Shown here: in pieces, positions 61,428 through 64,000 of the stretch
Layout: each line of letters begins with the position of its first letter
How positions within the stretch are numbered: position 1 is the first letter of the stretch
Origin: Callorhinchus milii
Taxonomy: Eukaryota
Length of the DNA: 64,000 nt
Reading direction: 5' to 3'
NCBI RefSeq assembly: GCF_018977255.1
Contig: NW_024704743.1
Span: forward strand, 33,916,001-33,980,000
Made by a program: the position numbers and the translations under genes
Notes under the pieces: generated by a model
The model's input: the letters and a program-made list of their open reading frames with translations, nothing else
Database searches by the model: none
What the model was told of the DNA's origin: nothing

Positions 61428-63523
61428 CATATCCAATTTCTGTTCACATGCCTGCGATATTGTGAAATTGGTTGCATCGTCTTCTTTTGTGAAGACAGTT
61501 GCAAAGTATTTATTTAGTACATCAGCCATGCCCTCTGCCTCAACAAGATTTCCACTTAGGTCCCTAATTGGACCCACTCGACCTTTGACTAAGCTTTTAC
61601 TCTTGATATGCTTATAAAATACCTTAGGGTTCCCTTTTATGTTTCCTGCTAATCTTTTCTCGTACAATCTCTTCGATCCTCTTATTTTCCTTTTCACTTC
61701 TCCTCTGTACTTCCTATATTCTATTTGATTATCTTGTGTGTTTTGGACCTAACATTTGTCATAAGCCTCCTTTTTCTGTTCTATTTTAATCCCAATTTCC
61801 TTAGTCATCCAGAGAGGTTTGACTGTCCTACCTTTCCCATTTGTGGAAATGTAATTGCTCTGTCCCTGAACTATCTCCTCCTTGAAGGCTTCCCATTGTT
61901 CGTTTGCTGTCTTACTGCCAATCTTTTTTTTCAATCTATCTTGGCCAGGTCCCTTTTTAGCTAACTGAAATTAGCCCGCTTCCAGTTGAGGGTCTTTACC
62001 TTTGATTGATTGTTGTCCTTTTCCATAACTATTCTAAACCTAATGATATTGTGATGACTGTTATCCAGATGCTCTCCTACTGAAACCTGCTCCACTTGCC
62101 TCACTTCATTTCCCAGAACTAAATCCAGCACTGCTTCCTTCCTCGTTGGGCTGGAAACATGCTGATCCAGAAAGTTCTCCTGCACACATTTCAGGAATTC
62201 CTCCCCTTCCTTGCCCTTTACACTGTGTGTTTCCCAGTCTATGTTTGGATAATTGAAATCCCCCATTATCACTACTCTATTGGTTTTGCATCTCTCCGAA
62301 ATCTGCTTGCAGATTTGCTCATCTATCTCCTTCCCACTATTTGGAGGTCTATAGTAAATACCTAACAGAGTAACAGCTCCTTTTCTGCTCCGTAACTCTA
62401 ACCAAATAGTTTAAGTTTTTGGACCCTCTAACACATCATCCTTTTCCAGGACTATGACCGTGTCCCTAATGAGTATTGCCACCCTTCCTTTTTTCCCTTC
62501 TCTATCCCTCCTGAATAGGTTGTAACCAGGAATATTCAGCTCCTATTCCTGTCCTTGCTTGAGCCAATTGCCACTACATCATAGCCCCATGTGGCAACTG
62601 GACCCTGCAGCTCACCAAGCTTATTGGTCACACTCCGTGCATTTACACACTTGCACTCCAAGACCGGCTTAATCCACTCTACATTTATCCCCCGTCTCTT
62701 TCCACTTTTTGCTAGACTATTCGTTGTTTCATTTATATTTGTCTCTCCTCGCCCACTATGTCTTGTTTCCCCTCCCTGATGCTATATTCTGATCCCCATC
62801 CCCTCTTGAAATCAGTTTAAACGCTTCCCCACAGCATTTGTTATCCTTGTTGCAATGACATTGGTCCCAGCCCTGCTCAGGTGTAACCCATCCCTCGTGT
62901 ACAGCTCCCATCTGCCCCAGAAGTGGTCCCAGTGGTTTAGAAACCTGAAGTCCTCCTTCCTGCACCATTTCTCCAGCCAGGCATTCATGTATTTGATCCT
63001 CCCAGTTTGGTATTCACTAGCATAAGGTATTGGGAGTAATCCCAAGATCACCACTATTGAGGTCCTGCTCTTTAGCTTCTTCCCAAGCTTCTAATATTCT
63101 CCCTGTAGAGTTTCAGCCCTTTTATCACCTACATCATGAATCCCGACATGGACCACAACTTCCGGATTTTCCCCTTCCCCCTGTAGTATATTTTGCACCC
63201 GTTCCGTGACGTCATGCAGCCTGGCCCCAGGGAGGTAGCATTCCTTGCGCGAGTCCCGTCTTTTATGGCAGAAATGCCTGCCTATCCCTTTAACTATTGT
63301 ATCCCCGATAACAACAGCAATGGCCTTTATCCCCTTGTCCCCCTGAACATCCATTACCTTTTGACTCTTCTCGCCAGAGGCGTCCTCACCAGCATCCAGT
63401 ACTGAGAACCGGTTTATGAGTGCCACACTCTTAGGGGATTTCTGTACTGCCTGTTCTTTTTTTGCTCTACATCGGATGGTCACCCATTCACCCTTCTTCT
63501 GAGCCCTCTGTGTAGCTGGGATG

Positions 63524-63602
63524 ACCACCTCCTGAACTCTCTGTGGCTGTGGGGTGACCACCTCCTAAACTCTCTGTGGCTGTGGCGTAACCACTTCCTG
63601 AA
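63524..63602. repeat. 33-bp tandem repeat (about 2.4 copies) inside CR1 ORF1
   Basis: accacctcctgaactctctgtggctgtggggtg / accacctcctaaactctctgtggctgtggcgta / accacttcctgaa. Confidence 0.85.
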
Positions 63603-64000
63603 AAATTCGATCCATAAATTCTTCAGCCTCCCGTATCCTATGTGGTGACTTTAACATCATCATCATCTGGAGTTGCAAATCACAACTAAACATCTCTCCT
63701 CAGTAATCAGTAACTGATCTCGCTATGTGGAAAACATTCACTTTTCGATCTATTTTTTCCTGTGTAGATGAAATGATAAAATATGAATTAGTGTTTTTAA
63801 AACACCTTGTAGTATATAGCATGCCTTGTCTGCTGAAGGGCAAAGCACACTAAAAATATGAAAGTTAAAGTGCTTTTCTTTAACTCTGCTCAGACGTGTT
63901 CTATTATCAGGGGGGTACTGAGGAAGAAACTGTACTGCATACAACATCGATCTATAGAAACAGTAATAACTATCAAAGTAATCCTCCCAACTAAGTTTTG

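Larger units (their letters stand above)
60445..63650 (-). mobile_element. CR1-clade LINE with SGNH-esterase-type ORF1 and ORF2 (APE plus RT N-terminal half); decayed, lacks its 3' end
   Basis: ORF1: VIGDTIVKG, YLPGAR, VVVHVGIHD, NAWLEKWC, DGLHLSRAG. ORF2: IMGDFNYPNIDW, PTRKEAVLDLVL, NPKVFYKHI, SQHGFVQGRSCLTNL, YLDFQKAFDKVPH; ends just after [21 protein letters not shown] (~60445). Confidence 0.95.

Overview
A 64-kb vertebrate non-coding (intronic or intergenic) window, AT-rich and dense in retroelements. The repeat content points to a cartilaginous fish, plausibly a chimaera; this is inference. I cannot support any intact host protein-coding gene, tRNA, rRNA or CRISPR array. The window holds a near full-length but disrupted L2-clade LINE (about 10.64-14.23 kb, APE endonuclease plus RT) and three large decayed CR1-clade LINEs, one with an SGNH-esterase ORF1. 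It also holds many short L2/CR1 fragments and two Deu-domain SINE families with L2-like tails: a young tRNA-Ala-headed family (about 19 copies) and an older SacSINE1-like family (about 25 copies or fragments). Items the standard repeat classes do not explain: an unclassified ~550-bp interspersed repeat (7 copies or fragments), an exon-like ORF split by a SINE (8.7-9.3 kb, minus strand), isolated hairpins of pre-miRNA size, covarying 3' stem-loops shared by SINE and L2 subfamilies, and small local duplications. I found no clear-cut new biological system. Repeat boundaries were read by eye and are approximate (about +/-10-30 bp).
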